Below are positions 48,734 through 63,085 of a stretch of 64,000 nt of DNA, in pieces. The stretch is taken from NCBI GenBank assembly GCA_002269645.1, contig NIVC01002768.1, positions 62,001-126,000 on the forward strand, in the 5' to 3' direction. Source of the stretch: Macrostomum lignano (lineage: Eukaryota). How positions within the stretch are numbered: the first letter of the stretch is position 1; every line of letters starts with the position of its first letter. The notes under the pieces are model-generated. The model made no database searches. It saw nothing but the letters and a program-made list of their open reading frames with translations, and was not told where the DNA came from. The translations under genes were made by a program, and so were the position numbers.

Positions 48734-51033
48734 CTAGTCGTCCTCGACATCGTCTGTTTCCGGCACTCGGCCGGTGATTGGTGCCGGCTGCTTGATGCCG
48801 GTGGACGAGTAGGTGGTGAGCGCGTACACCAGGCTGTACGGCTCGGCATGCGGGACCGCCAGCCGGCTGAAGTGCACCCTGTAGCAGCTGGCAGGCACCA
48901 CTACGGCCTGGCCGGCTGACAGCACCACACTCCTGTTGCCATGGTTACCGGGACAGCAGGCCGACTTGTGCGACAAAGTGACTCTCAGGACTCCATGCAG
49001 GCCCATCAGCACCACCTGCCCGTTGAACTCGCTCAGTTCGCCGATGTACTTGTCCTCAGCTGACCCCGGTTCGCCGGCCAACAAGTAGAATCCCCTGGCC
49101 AGGCCGATCTCCGAGTCCGGCACGATGAAGGGCGGGCGTGGCACCAGCTTGCGCACCGCTCTGATGGCTGACATGTGGCCGAAGATCCAGGACACCAGCT
49201 CGACATTGGCGGGCGGCACCTCCGACTGCAGCAGCTCCGACAGAGTCGACGGGCCGCCGGCAGGCACCGAGGCAACGCGGTTGGAGCCGGCGCTTACCTC
49301 GGACCAGGCTTCCAGCACCTGGGATTGGCGTGACGCCAGCTTTTTCTTATTGGCAGCCTAGATTAGCAATCCACTCTACTCCTTCATTGGTGTAGGCTAG
49401 ATTAGCAATCCATTCTTCATTAATGCAGGCTAGATTAGCAATCCATTCTATTTTTCAGTGATGTAGGCTAGATTAGCAATCCATTCTATCCCTCATTGAT
49501 GCAGGCTAGATTTGCAATCCATTCTATTCCTTTATTGATTTAGGCTAGATTTGCAATCCATTCTATTCCTTCATTGATTTAGGCTAGATTAGCAATCCAT
49601 TCTATTTTTCAGTGATGTAGGCTAGATTAGCAACCCATTCTACTCTTCCATTGATATAGGCTAGATTAGCAATCCATTCTATTCCTTCATTGATGCAGGC
49701 TAGATTTGCAATCCATTCTATTCCTTTATTGATTTAGGCTAGATTTGCAATCCATTCTATTCCTTCATTAATTTAGGCTAGATTAGCAATCCATTCTATT
49801 CCTTCATTGATGCAGGCTAGATTAGCGATCCATTCTATTCCTTTATTGATTTAGGTTAGATTAGCAATCCATTCTATTCCTTCATTGATGCAGGCTAGAT
49901 TAGCAATCCATTCTATTCCTTTATTGATTTAGGCTAGATTAGCAATCCATTCTATTCCTTTATTGATTTAGGCTAGATTAGCAATCCATTCTATTTTTCA
50001 GTGATGTAGGCTAGATTAGCAATCCATTCTATCCCTCATTGATGCAGGCTAGATTTGCAATCCATTCTATTCCTTTATTGATTTAGGCTAGATTTGCAAT
50101 CCATTCTATTCCTTCATTGAATTAGGCTAGATTAGCAATCCATTCTATTTTTCAGTGATGTAGGCTAGATTAGCAACCCATTCTACTCTTCCATTGATAT
50201 AGGCTAGATTAGCAATCCATTCTATTCCTTTATTGATTTAGGCTAGATTAGCAATCCATTCTATTCCTTTATTGATTTAGGTTAGATTAGCAATCCATTC
50301 TATTCCTTTATTGATTTAGGTTAGATTAGCAATCCATTCTATTCCTTCATTGATGCAGGCTAGATTAGCGATCCATTCTATTCCTTTATTGATGCAGGCT
50401 AGATTAGCAATCCATTCTATTCCTTTATTGATTTAGGCTAGATTAGCAATCCATTCTACCATACACCGAACCCACCGTTCTGCGCAGCTCCGCAAAGCTG
50501 ACGGGCCGGTGGCCGCTGTCGATGACATGAAACGGCACAATGTGCCGATCGATGGAGCGCCGGTAAGCGGCCCGGCCCGCTTCATTGTTCAAAGCTACTC
50601 TGGGAATTTTTTTCAGCTTCTGACAGCCGCAGCAGAGCTCTGGCTCTCTGTAGAACGGATTTGGCACCAGGCAGGCCTCCCGGTCGCGGCTGTGCAGAAA
50701 CTCGGACTTGTACGCACCCAGCTGCACCGACAGCCATCGGTAAGACTTCAGGTAGACCAAATTCAGGTAGGACAGAGCCCGGCCGGTGCGGACAGAATTC
50801 GACACGGTGGGGAAGCTGTTTTCCAAGCAGCGCAGGCTCACAGAGGCGAAGGCCCACAGAATCAGTAGGCGGCACACAAGCCAAGCGAGTCGGCCCAGAG
50901 TCCCGCTGTCTGCACCTCTGCTGCTCTGCTGTCGCTTGTGCAACTGCCGAAGCAGCTCCTGGCACTGCTCAGCGGGCACCGGGTCTGCCAGGTGCTGGCT
51001 CACGAGCTCAACTGCCCGTCGATCGCGCTGCAT
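48734..51033 (-). CDS. C6orf89/BRAP-like type II membrane protein, paralog A; exons 51033-50476 and 49357-48734; about 393 aa
   Basis: N-terminal helix, hydrophobic TM segment, CLVPNP...CCGC, LRKLVPRPPFIVPDSE, cupin-like C-terminus. Phase-0 intron ACG/gtgggt...atctag/GCT gives a join that aligns with paralog B. Family call recalled, not searched. Confidence 0.72.
49360..50460. repeat. 38-39 bp minisatellite forming almost the whole intron of paralog A
   Basis: Unit AGGCTAGATTAGCAATCCATTCTATTCCTTCATTGATGC, about 28 copies. Confidence 0.95.
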
Positions 51034-51783
51034 TGTTGCTATGCTGCTTGAGCTTTGCTTGCCTGTGGCTAGGGTGGCTCTGCCGAGCTCGTGGCTGGCA
51101 ATTAGAATACTCTCGTTGGCTGCTTTTATGATGAGGCTTTTGTCTATTGTGCTGCCTCCCCTCGGGGCGGGGGGAGCGTGGCACGTGTTACAGCTCGCGA
51201 TGGCTGTGGCTCATGGATTCTCCTAGCATGGCATGGCGAGTTATGAAAATGGTGCCTCAACGCTGTGTCTGTCACTAAAATGAATTCGTTCTCTTTCCCA
51301 GGTGTCTCTCATTTTACGCTCGTACCTGGACAGATCTTGAGCAGAATAAGCGCATGAGTAATCATCTGAATTCTTATGTTTCATAACAGTTTATTATTTT
51401 TGCAGATTTAGTGTGCGCAGCAAGATTTTGTTGTTTTTCTTCAAAATATTAGCTAGCAAACATTTAAAAGCAAAGGGAAATCCCTTGGAGTTGGTATCGG
51501 TGAGCGCAGTCTCAGCTTTAAAAATACCTGGTTTTGGGTAAGAGGAATCCCTGCTTAAATCTCCTGTTTGTAATATCGCCGAAAAGAGGGATTCCAGAGG
51601 GGAATTCCAACCTTGATGACCTCTAGTTGGCGGTAGAGGGAATCTCAACCTTGTTGATTTCTATTTTGGGGGAAAAGGAAATCCCAACCTTGATGACTTC
51701 TAGTTTGGGGGAAAGGGAAATCCCAACCTTGATGACCTCTAGTTTGGGGAAAATGGAAATCCCAGACTCAAAATAGCCTAAGC

Positions 51784-54008
51784 CTAAGTCCTGGGCTGCT
51801 TTCTCTTGGCAGGATGCGCCCCATTGTAGATGAAGCCGATCTGCACCAGCGCTGCCCGGTCGTCAAGGCCGGCAGGGCCGTCGGCAGCCGGTGGCCTCCC
51901 AACCAGCAGCTCGTAGCAGTCGGTAGGGAAAATCAGCGCCCCACCAGGCGCCAAGTCGATCGGCGCCGACTGGGGCGGTTTGTCGCCGTCGCAGCAGGCG
52001 GCCTTCGGAGCCAGTCGGGCCGTCAGGCGGCCGCTGAGCGGCAGGGCGAAGGCAAGCTGGCGCCTCTCGGCGAAGTCGCCAGCCGAGAACAGGCGGCCAG
52101 GTGGCAAGGCGCGGCCGGCCAGCAGCAGCGAGACGGCGCCCATTCGCTCTGTGCGCTGGCCGAAGTAGCGCGGCCGGGGCACCAGCCGGCGGAGGGCTCG
52201 AATGGCCGACAGGTGATGAAAAGACCACAGCAGCACCTGAACGGCGGGTTAAATAATTATGTCATTAGAATGGGGTCACTGAAGGCGAAGGATGGTCACT
52301 GAAGGCGAACGATGGTCACTGAAGGCGAAGGATGGTCACTGAAGGCGAAGGATGGTCACTGAAGGCGAAGGATGGTCACTGAAGGCGAAGGATGGTCACT
52401 GAAGGCGAAGGATGGTCACTGAAGGCGAAGGATGGTCACTGAAGGCGAAGGATGGTCACTGAAGGCGAAGGATGGTCACTGAAGGCGAAGGATGGTCACT
52501 GAAGGCGAAGGATGGTCACTGAAGGAGAAGGGAGGTCACTGAAAGAGAAGGGAAGTCACTGAAGGAGAAGGGAGGTCACTGAAAGAGAAGGGAAGTCACT
52601 GAAAGAGAAGGGAAGTCACTGAAAGAGAAGGGAAGTCACTGAAGGAGAAGGGAAGTCACTGAAAGAGAAGGGAAGTCACTGAAGGAGAAGGGAAGTCACT
52701 GAAAGAGAAGGGAGGTCACTGAAGGAGAAGGGAGGTCACTGAAAGAGAAGGGAGATCACTGAAAGAGAAGGGAGGTCACTGAAAGAGAAGGGAGATCACT
52801 GAAAGAGAAGGGAGGTCACTGAAAGAGAAGGGAGGTCACTGAAGGAGAAGGGAGATCACTGAAAGAGAAGAGAGGTCACTGAAAGAGAAGGGAGATCACT
52901 GAAGGAGAAGGGAGATCACTGAAAGAGAAGGGAGATCACTGAAGGAGAAGGGAGATCACTGAAGGAGAAGGGAGATCACTGAAAGAGAAGAGAGGTCACT
53001 GAAAGAGAAGGGAGATCACTGAAGGAGAAGGGAGATCACTGAAAGAGAAGGGAGATCACTGAAAGAGAAGGGAGATCACTGAAGGAGAAGGGAGATCACT
53101 GAAAGAGAAGGGAGATCACTGAAAGAGAAGGGAAGTCACTTAAAGAGAAGGGAGGTCACTGAAAGAGAAGGGAGATCACTGAAGGAGAGAAATGCACAGC
53201 AGAACTGGGCAGAGAATCATAAATGCAGCTGACTCACCTGTCCGGGCGGCGGCAGCTCAGCCCGTGCAGGCCCCGATTCCCGAGCCGGGAACAGGTCCTT
53301 GAAGCATCGCACAGTCGACTGGCCCAAATCAACGGAACGCCCTTCCTGGTACATCGGCAGCGTCTCGAGCTGGTTGCCGCCTCGCTCGAAATCCGGCCGA
53401 TTCTCGGCCACAAAGCTGGCCAGCGCGGCGAAATCAACCTCCGCCTCGTCCGACGGCCACCGCGGCATCGCCGGAGTGCCAGCCACCTGGAAGGGCTTCA
53501 CCACCCGGCTGTACAGCGAGTCGATGAGCTGGGCGACTGCCGTCAGGTTGGCCTGATCGACGCGCACCCGGGTGACGGCCGGCTGGCCACAGCCGCAGCA
53601 GAGCGGCTGCGGTCGCCTGTTGAATGGGTTCGCCAGCAGGCAGCCGCCCAGATTGCGCCCGGCCTCGGTGTCGTAGAGCCGCAGCGAATGCGACACCCGC
53701 CGGAACAGCTTCTGCACGTACAGGTCGGAGGCGGCCAGCCAAGCGGTGCTCTGCGTGGCGTAGCCGCCGGCCACGAGCTCGAGGCTCAGCGTGAGCAGCA
53801 GGGCCGCTGCGGCCGTCAGGCACAGGAGCAGCCGGCCGGTCCACCGCATGCAGGTCCAGCGCTTCTGGCCATCGCCAGTGTTGAACCTTCTGGCCAGGCT
53901 GCGCAACTGCGCGCTGCTCAGCCGGTCCAGGCTGGCTCGGTGGCGGTCGAGCAGCTGATCGATTTGCTGCTCCAAATGCCGCTTGTCAGTGGCTTCCGTG
54001 TTGCTCAT
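51784..54008 (-). CDS. C6orf89/BRAP-like protein, paralog B; exons 54008-53238 and 52236-51784; 407 aa
   Basis: TM segment, CLLANP...CCGC, WSFHHLSAIRALRRLVPRP homologous to paralog A. Phase-0 intron CAG/gtgagt...ttcag/GTG. Confidence 0.75.
52270..53185. repeat. 20-bp minisatellite GGTCACTGAAGGCGAAGGAT and variants, intron of paralog B
   Basis: About 45 copies in two variant zones. Confidence 0.95.
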
Positions 54009-54351
54009 TGCTGCCGCATGCAGGTGTGTCTTCTTGGCTTAGCTGACTTAATTAGCTGTTCGTATTCTCCTGCACAGCATGGGCTTTTATATGCGCACGC
54101 ATAGGCTTGTCTCTGTCTCTCTCCACTATTGTCTGTATTGTACAGGCAATACAAGACATTGCTGGCCAGCCTGGCCTCACGTGTCGAGCATCGCATGCAG
54201 GGTGTACAATGGAATAAAAAGCACGATGCAATGCGCTTTACGAGCTGTATATTTGATAAAGTCTCTATCTTTTTTTCGTACTCGTACATTCCATACACAG
54301 AACTGTGAATTATTGAATAATTGTAGGATTAGTATTCCCAGACACAAAGAT

Positions 54352-57300
54352 CATTCTGTCCCAGATTGCACACGGAGCGGAACCAGATGGAAGACAATCT
54401 CTGTCACAGTTTGCACACGGAGTGGATCCAGATGGAAGACAATCTCTGTCCCATATTGCACACGGAGCAGAACCAGATGGAAGACAATCTCTGTCCCATA
54501 TTGCACACGGAGCAGATCCAGATGGAAGACAATCTCTGTCCCGGTTTGCACACGGAGCGGATCCAGATGGAAGACAATCTCTGTCCCAGATTGCACACGG
54601 AGTGGATCCAGATGGAAGACAATCTCTGTCCCAGATTGCACACGGAGCAGAACCAGATGGAAGACAATCTCTGTCCCAGTTTGCACACGGAGCAGAACCA
54701 GATGGAAGACAATCTCTGTCCCATATTGCACACGGAGCAGAACCAGATGGAAGACAATCTCTGTCCCATATTGCACACGGAGCAGAACCAGATGGAAGAC
54801 ATTCTCTGTCCCAGTTTGCACACGGAGTGGATCCAGATGGAAGACAATCTCTGTCCCAGATTGCACACGGAGCGGAACCAGATGGAAGACATTCTCTGTC
54901 CCAGTTTGCACACGGAGCAGAACCAGATGGAAGACATTCTCTGTCCCAGTTTGCACACGGAGCAGAACCAGATGGAAGACAATCTCTGTCCCGGTTTGCA
55001 CACGGAGTGGATCCAGATGGAAGACAATCTCTGTCCCAGTTTGCACACGGAGTGGATCCAGATGGAAGACAATCTCTGTCCCATATTGCACACGGAGCAG
55101 AACCAGATGGAAGACATTCTCTGTCCCAGTTTGCACACGGAGTGGATCCAGATGGAAGACAATCTCTGTCCCAGATTGCACACGGAGCGGAACCAGATGG
55201 AAGACATTCTCTGTCCCAGTTTGCACACGGAGCAGAACCAGATGGAAGACATTCTCTGTCCCAGTTTGCACACGGAGCAGAACCAGATGGAAGACAATCT
55301 CTGTCCCATATTGCACACGGAGTGGATCCAGATGGAAGACAATCTCTGTCCCGGTTTGCACACGGAGTGGATCCAGATGGAAGACAATCTCTGTCCCAGA
55401 TTGCACACGGAGTGGATCCAGATGGAAGACAATCTCTGTCCCAGATTGCACACGGAGTGGATCCAGATGGAAGACAATCTCTGTCACAGTTTGCACACGG
55501 AGCAGAACCAGATGGAAGACAATCTCTGTCCCATATTGCACACGGAGTGGATCCAGATGGAAGACAATCTCTGTCCCGGTTTGCACACGGAGTGGATCCA
55601 GATGGAAGACAATCTCTGTCCCAGATTGCACACGGAGCAGAACCAGATGGAAGACAATCTCTGTCTCAGATTGCACACGGAGCGGAACCAGATGGAAGAC
55701 AATCTCTGTCCCAGATTGCACACGGAGCAGAACCAGATGGAAGACAATCTCTGTCTCAGATTGCACACGGAGCGGAACCAGATGGAAGACAATCTCTGTC
55801 CCAGATTGCACACGGAGCAGAACCAGATGGAAGACAATCTCTGTCCCAGATTGCACACGGAGCAGAACCAGATGGAAGACAATCTCTGTCTCAGATTGCA
55901 CACGGAGCAGAACCAGATGGAAGACAATCTCTGTCACAGTTTGCACACGGAGCAGAACCAGATGGAAGACAATCTCTGTCACAGTTTGCACACGGAGCGG
56001 AACCAGATGGAAGACAATCTCTGTCACAGTTTGCACACGGAGCAGAACCAGATGGAAGACAATCTCTGTCCCAGATTGCACACGGAGTGGATCCAGATGG
56101 AAGACAATCTCTGTCCCAGATTGCACACGGAGCAGAACCAGATGGAAGACAATCTCTGTCTCAGATTGCACACGGAGCGGAACCAGATGGAAGACAATCT
56201 CTGTCCCAGATTGCACACGGAGCAGAACCAGATGGAAGACAATCTCTGTCTCAGATTGCACACGGAGCGGAACCAGATGGAAGACAATCTCTGTCCCAGA
56301 TTGCACACGGAGCAGAACCAGATGGAAGACAATCTCTGTCACAGTTTGCACACGGAGCAGAACCAGATGGAAGACAATCTCTGTCACAGTTTGCACACGG
56401 AGCGGAACCAGATGGAAGACAATCTCTGTCACAGTTTGCACACGGAGCAGAACCAGATGGAAGACAATCTCTGTCTCAGATTGCACACGGAGCGGAACCA
56501 GATGGAAGACAATCTCTGTCCCAGATTGCACACGGAGCAGAACCAGATGGAAGACAATCTCTGTCTCAGATTGCACACGGAGCGGAACCAGATGGAAGAC
56601 AATCTCTGTCCCAGATTGCACACGGAGCAGAACCAGATGGAAGACAATCTCTGTCACAGTTTGCACACGGAGCAGAACCAGATGGAAGACAATCTCTGTC
56701 TCAGATTGCACACGGAGCGGAACCAGATGGAAGACAATCTCTGTCCCAGATTGTACACGGAGCAGAACCAGATGGAAGACAATCTCTGTCACAGTTTGCA
56801 CACGGAGCAGAACCAGATGGAAGACAATCTCTGTCCCAGATTGCACACGGGAGCAGAACCAGATGGAAGACAATCTCTGTCTCAGATTGCACACGGAGCA
56901 GAACCAGATGGAAGACAATCTCTGTCACAGTTTGCACATGGAGCAGAACCAGATGGAAGACAATCTCTGTCCCAGATTGCACACGGGAGCAGAACCAGAT
57001 GGAAGACAATCTCTGTCTCAGATTGCACACGGAGCAGAACCAGATGGAAGACAATCTCTGTCCCATATTGCACACGGAGTGGATCCAGATGGAAGACAAT
57101 CTCTGTCCCAGTTTGCACACGGAGTGGATCCAGATGGAAGACAATCTCTGTCCCATATTGCACACGGAGCGGATCCAGATGGAAGACAATCTCTGTCCCG
57201 GTTTGCACACGGAGTGGATCCAGATGGAAGACAATCTCTGTCCCAGATTGCACACGGAGTGGATCCAGATGGAAGACAATCTCTGTCCCGGTTTGCACAC

Positions 57301-57980
57301 GGAGTGGATCCAGATGGAAGACAATCTCTGTCTCAGTTTGCACACGGAGCGGATCCAGATGGAAGACATTCTCTGTCCCAGTTTGCACACGGAGCGGATC
57401 CAGATGGAAGACATTCTCTGTCCCAGTTTGCACACGGAGCGGATCCAGATGGAAGACAATCTCTGTCTCAGTTTGCACACGGAGTGGATCCAGATGGAAG
57501 ACAATCTCTGTCTCAGTTTGCACACGGAGCGGATCCAGATGGAAGACATTCTCTGTCCCAGTTTGCACACGGAGCGGATCCAGATGGAAGACATTCTCTG
57601 TCTCAGTTTGCACACGGAGCGGATCCAGATGGAAGACATTCTCTGTCCCAGTTTGCACACGGAGCGGATCCAGATGGAAGACAATCTCTGTCTCAGTTTG
57701 CACACGGAGCGGATCCAGATGGAAGACATTCTCTGTCCCAGTTTGCACACGGAGCGGATCCAGATGGAAGACATTCTCTGTCTCAGTTTGCACACGGAGC
57801 GGATCCAGATGGAAGACATTCTCTGTCTCAGTTTGCACACGGAGCGGATCCAGATGGAAGACAATCTCTGTCCCAGATTGCACACGGAGCGGATCCAGAT
57901 GGAAGACAATCTCTGTCCCGGATTGCACACGGAGCGGATCCAGATGGAAGACATTCTCTGTCCCAGTTTGCACACGGAGC
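54352..57980. repeat. 45-bp minisatellite, about 80 copies
   Basis: Unit GCACACGGAGCAGAACCAGATGGAAGACAATCTCTGTCCCAGATT; long ORFs occur in nearly all frames. Confidence 0.97.
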
Positions 57981-58302
57981 GTGGAACTATTGATAAGTTC
58001 GCACGGATCAGAAAAAATCTTAAATACTCGAACGTTTTTTATTATGAGTGCATTTATATACCACTAAATATTCAGTTATAATTAGTAAAGACTGCACAGA
58101 CGACTATCTCTTCCCAATAGCCTCATGCTATCCGTATTTGAGTTGAGTACATTATTAAGCAATGCAAAATTAGATGACTAAGCCGTAGATCTTTCTACTT
58201 AAGCAATGAGATGACTTATTTGACAACAATGTTCTCCAAAAAAGTTTTGTTGATACTCAATCAGTAGACAAGAACAGTTCACCATACCCCCAAGTCAAGG
58301 AA

Positions 58303-58659
58303 TTAATGAGCCACCACGTGCATCGCCTGCCGACCGTGGCACCTGTGCAGCTCGTACTGCCGATGCTGGTGATGGTGCAGCGGCGGCAGCAGATGCCGCA
58401 GGGCCTGCCCGACGCCGACAAGACTCCAGCCCTTCTTGGCGTTGATAGCGGCCGCCCCATCAACTTCTTCGACGGGAGCTCCGGGCGGCGGCGCATCAGC
58501 CTTGGCGCCTTCCACATCCTCAACTCCGGGATGGCTGCCTCTGGACTCCTCCGCCTGCTCCTCTTCCTCCTCCTCGTCCTCCGTTGTTTCCAGTTGGACG
58601 ATCGCAAACGTTCGCACTGTCACAACATCGGAGAAGTGCACATGTATATTCTTCATCAC
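58303..58659 (-). CDS. Possible exon of an unidentified protein (acidic tract, His-rich end)
   Basis: GC-rich island with GC3-biased codons in this frame; no domain recognised. Confidence 0.35.
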   Translation of the reverse strand: MMKNIHVHFSDVVTVRTFAIVQLETTEDEEEEEEQAEESRGSHPGVEDVEGAKADAPPPGAPVEEVDGAAAINAKKGWSLVGVGQALRHLLPPLHHHQHRQYELHRCHGRQAMHVVAH

Positions 58660-59182
58660 CTGCTTCTCCTCCTAGGTCGAATTCGCCCCGTGGTCAGCGG
58701 CAGCTTGACTTTTTCACTGAATTGAATGAGCTGTCTGGCTCCTAGTCAAGCAAGAAAATGTCTTTTTTATACAGGCGGCCAAACTAGTTTGAAGCGCTGA
58801 TGCGGAAAATGAAAGTCTGTTGAGCATGATTGATAAGGGAGGGCTAACGCCGGCTACCAAAGTCAGGTGGACCCCCGCTTCTAATCAGAGCGAAATTATG
58901 CATACGGGCACAGATTGACAAAATGCAAACATTCCAGGTTAGAAACTCAATACCGGTGCCTGCGGCCCTGTGACAATTCTAGGTCAATTTATCTGGCTGG
59001 AAGGTTGCAGCTGTTGGGTACGTGAAAGGGCAAATACATATAGCAGATAAGTGTAGTTCCTAATGACCTCAGCAAGCTGCATGTACACTTTGCGCACAAC
59101 TCAAAATTCAGTGAAATAGAAAGATTTAATTCCATGATTTCGTTACTTCAATAGAATACCCAGAGTGGTGACACAATGTATT

Positions 59183-59866
59183 CACTGCAATATCCAAGTG
59201 AGTCAGTGACTCAGTTCATTCACTGCAATATCCAAGTGAGTGACTCAGTTCATTCACTGCAATATCCAAGTGAGTGACTCAGTGCATTCACTGCAATATC
59301 CAAGTGAGTGACTCAGTGCATTCACTGCAATATCCAAGTGAGTGACTCAGTTCATTCACTGCAATATCCAAGTGAGTGACTCAGTTCATTCACTGCAATA
59401 TCCAAGTGAGTGACTCAGTTCATTCACTGCAATATCCAAGTGAGTCAGTGACTCAGTTCATTCACTGCAATATCCCAGTGAGTGACTCAGTTCATTCACT
59501 GCAATATCCAAGTGAGTGACTCAGTTCATTCACTGCAATATCCAAGTGAGTGACTCAGTGCATTCACTGCAATATCCAAGTGAGTGACTCAGTTCATTCA
59601 CTGCAATATCCAAGTGAGTGACTCAGTTCATTCACTGCAGTATCCTAGTGAGTGACTCAGTTCATTCACTGCAATATCCAAGTGAGTGACTCAGTGCATT
59701 CACTGCAATATCCAAGTGAGTGACTCAGTTCATTCACTGCAATATCCAAGTGAGTGACTCAGTTCATTCACTGCAGTATCCAAGTGAGTGACTCAGTTCA
59801 TTCACTGCAGTATCCAAGTGAGTGACTCAGTTCATTCACTGCAATATCCAAGTGAGTGACTCACTG
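59183..59866. repeat. 34-bp minisatellite containing TGACTCA, about 20 copies
   Basis: Unit CACTGCAATATCCAAGTGAGTGACTCAGTTCATT. Confidence 0.96.
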
Positions 59867-60273
59867 ATAACAACTATACAAGTACGGAACGAAAAAATGA
59901 TAAAGATCGTAGCTCCGAGTCAGCAATTAAAAATCAATACACCGGATCCGGGTAGTGAATAATAATAAAGGAAAAATTTCGAAACTGGTTTTTATTGAGC
60001 AAAAGCGCATCATTTTTCATTAATTGACGAGAAAAACTGTTTTATAGACTACTTGTTAGCGTAAGTGCGATAATACGAATTTTAATTAAAAATCAATTGT
60101 CCAATTTAAAAAATTATTGAGAGGCGCTTGATTTTCGTTTTGAAAATTTCCTAATTGAAAACTAATTTTTTTTCAGAATGTTACGTCACACAACTCTACT
60201 GTTAGTAGGCGAGTAAAGTGTTTTTTATGCCCGACGAAAACAGCATCAGCAATCTTAGACTGATATAAATATT

Positions 60274-62324
<2,051 letters not shown>

Positions 62325-62512
62325 CTGCGAGCGGAGGCGGGGGGGGGCGCGGATTTCTAACCTGTAGAATAATAAAAAATGCAGGGTTCGTGGAAAGCGA
62401 GCGGAAAATCCTGTGCCTCTACTCGTGCCTACAGAAGTCGGTCTTCTAATTGATGGTCTTATCAGCGCTCGTCCTTGTCCCGAAAAAAACGAATACGTCT
62501 TTACTCAGCTGA

Positions 62513-63085
62513 ATGGCCTGCGGTACATGTCTCCCTTTTGAAGCCATTCAAAACGTTGTCTCATCCTGCCAAGAGCTAAGGCATCCTGAGCGACTAACTT
62601 CGACAAAGTTACGAAAGTATGTTGCAACTGTGTCCCAAGTGCTGGAGCTGAATGAGAATGAATTAGGCTGGCGTTCGAGGCACCTGGGCCATAGCACCCA
62701 GGTGCATCACACTTTTTATCGTATACATGAAAGAACGATCGAGCTCGCAAAAGTGGGCAAACTAATGTTGGCGATCGAGACAGGAAAGCTGGGGCAACTG
62801 AAAGGCAAAACGCTGGAAGAAATAGAGATTAACGACATTGATGCCGACTTAGAAGAATCGGAGGACAATCGGAAGGAAATCGAGAAGACGCACAAAGCAC
62901 TAGAGAATTCTCGAGAGGAGGAAGACAACGGTCCTACACCTAGGAAAGTTGTTATTCACTGGACTTCGACGAGAACGAGACTGTCAGATCAAAAGGACCT
63001 TGTTGAGAAAGACTGTAAGCGTCGACGGCTCAAGCCGCAGCGATCAGAATCCCAATTTGAAAAAGAGAACGAAAATCCAGTGTAA
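62513..63085 (+). mobile_element. C-terminal tyrosine-recombinase fragment (Crypton-like element), antisense within an aminopeptidase intron
   Basis: TSTKLRKYVAT...RHLGH...HHTFY gives the box II R, H and Y catalytic spacing; N-terminal half missing. Confidence 0.75.

Noticed and set aside
54079-58081. Three ORFs over 1200 aa with 15-aa repeats
   Set aside because: The stop-free 45-bp unit is open on both strands, frames swap at indels, and there is no codon-position bias.
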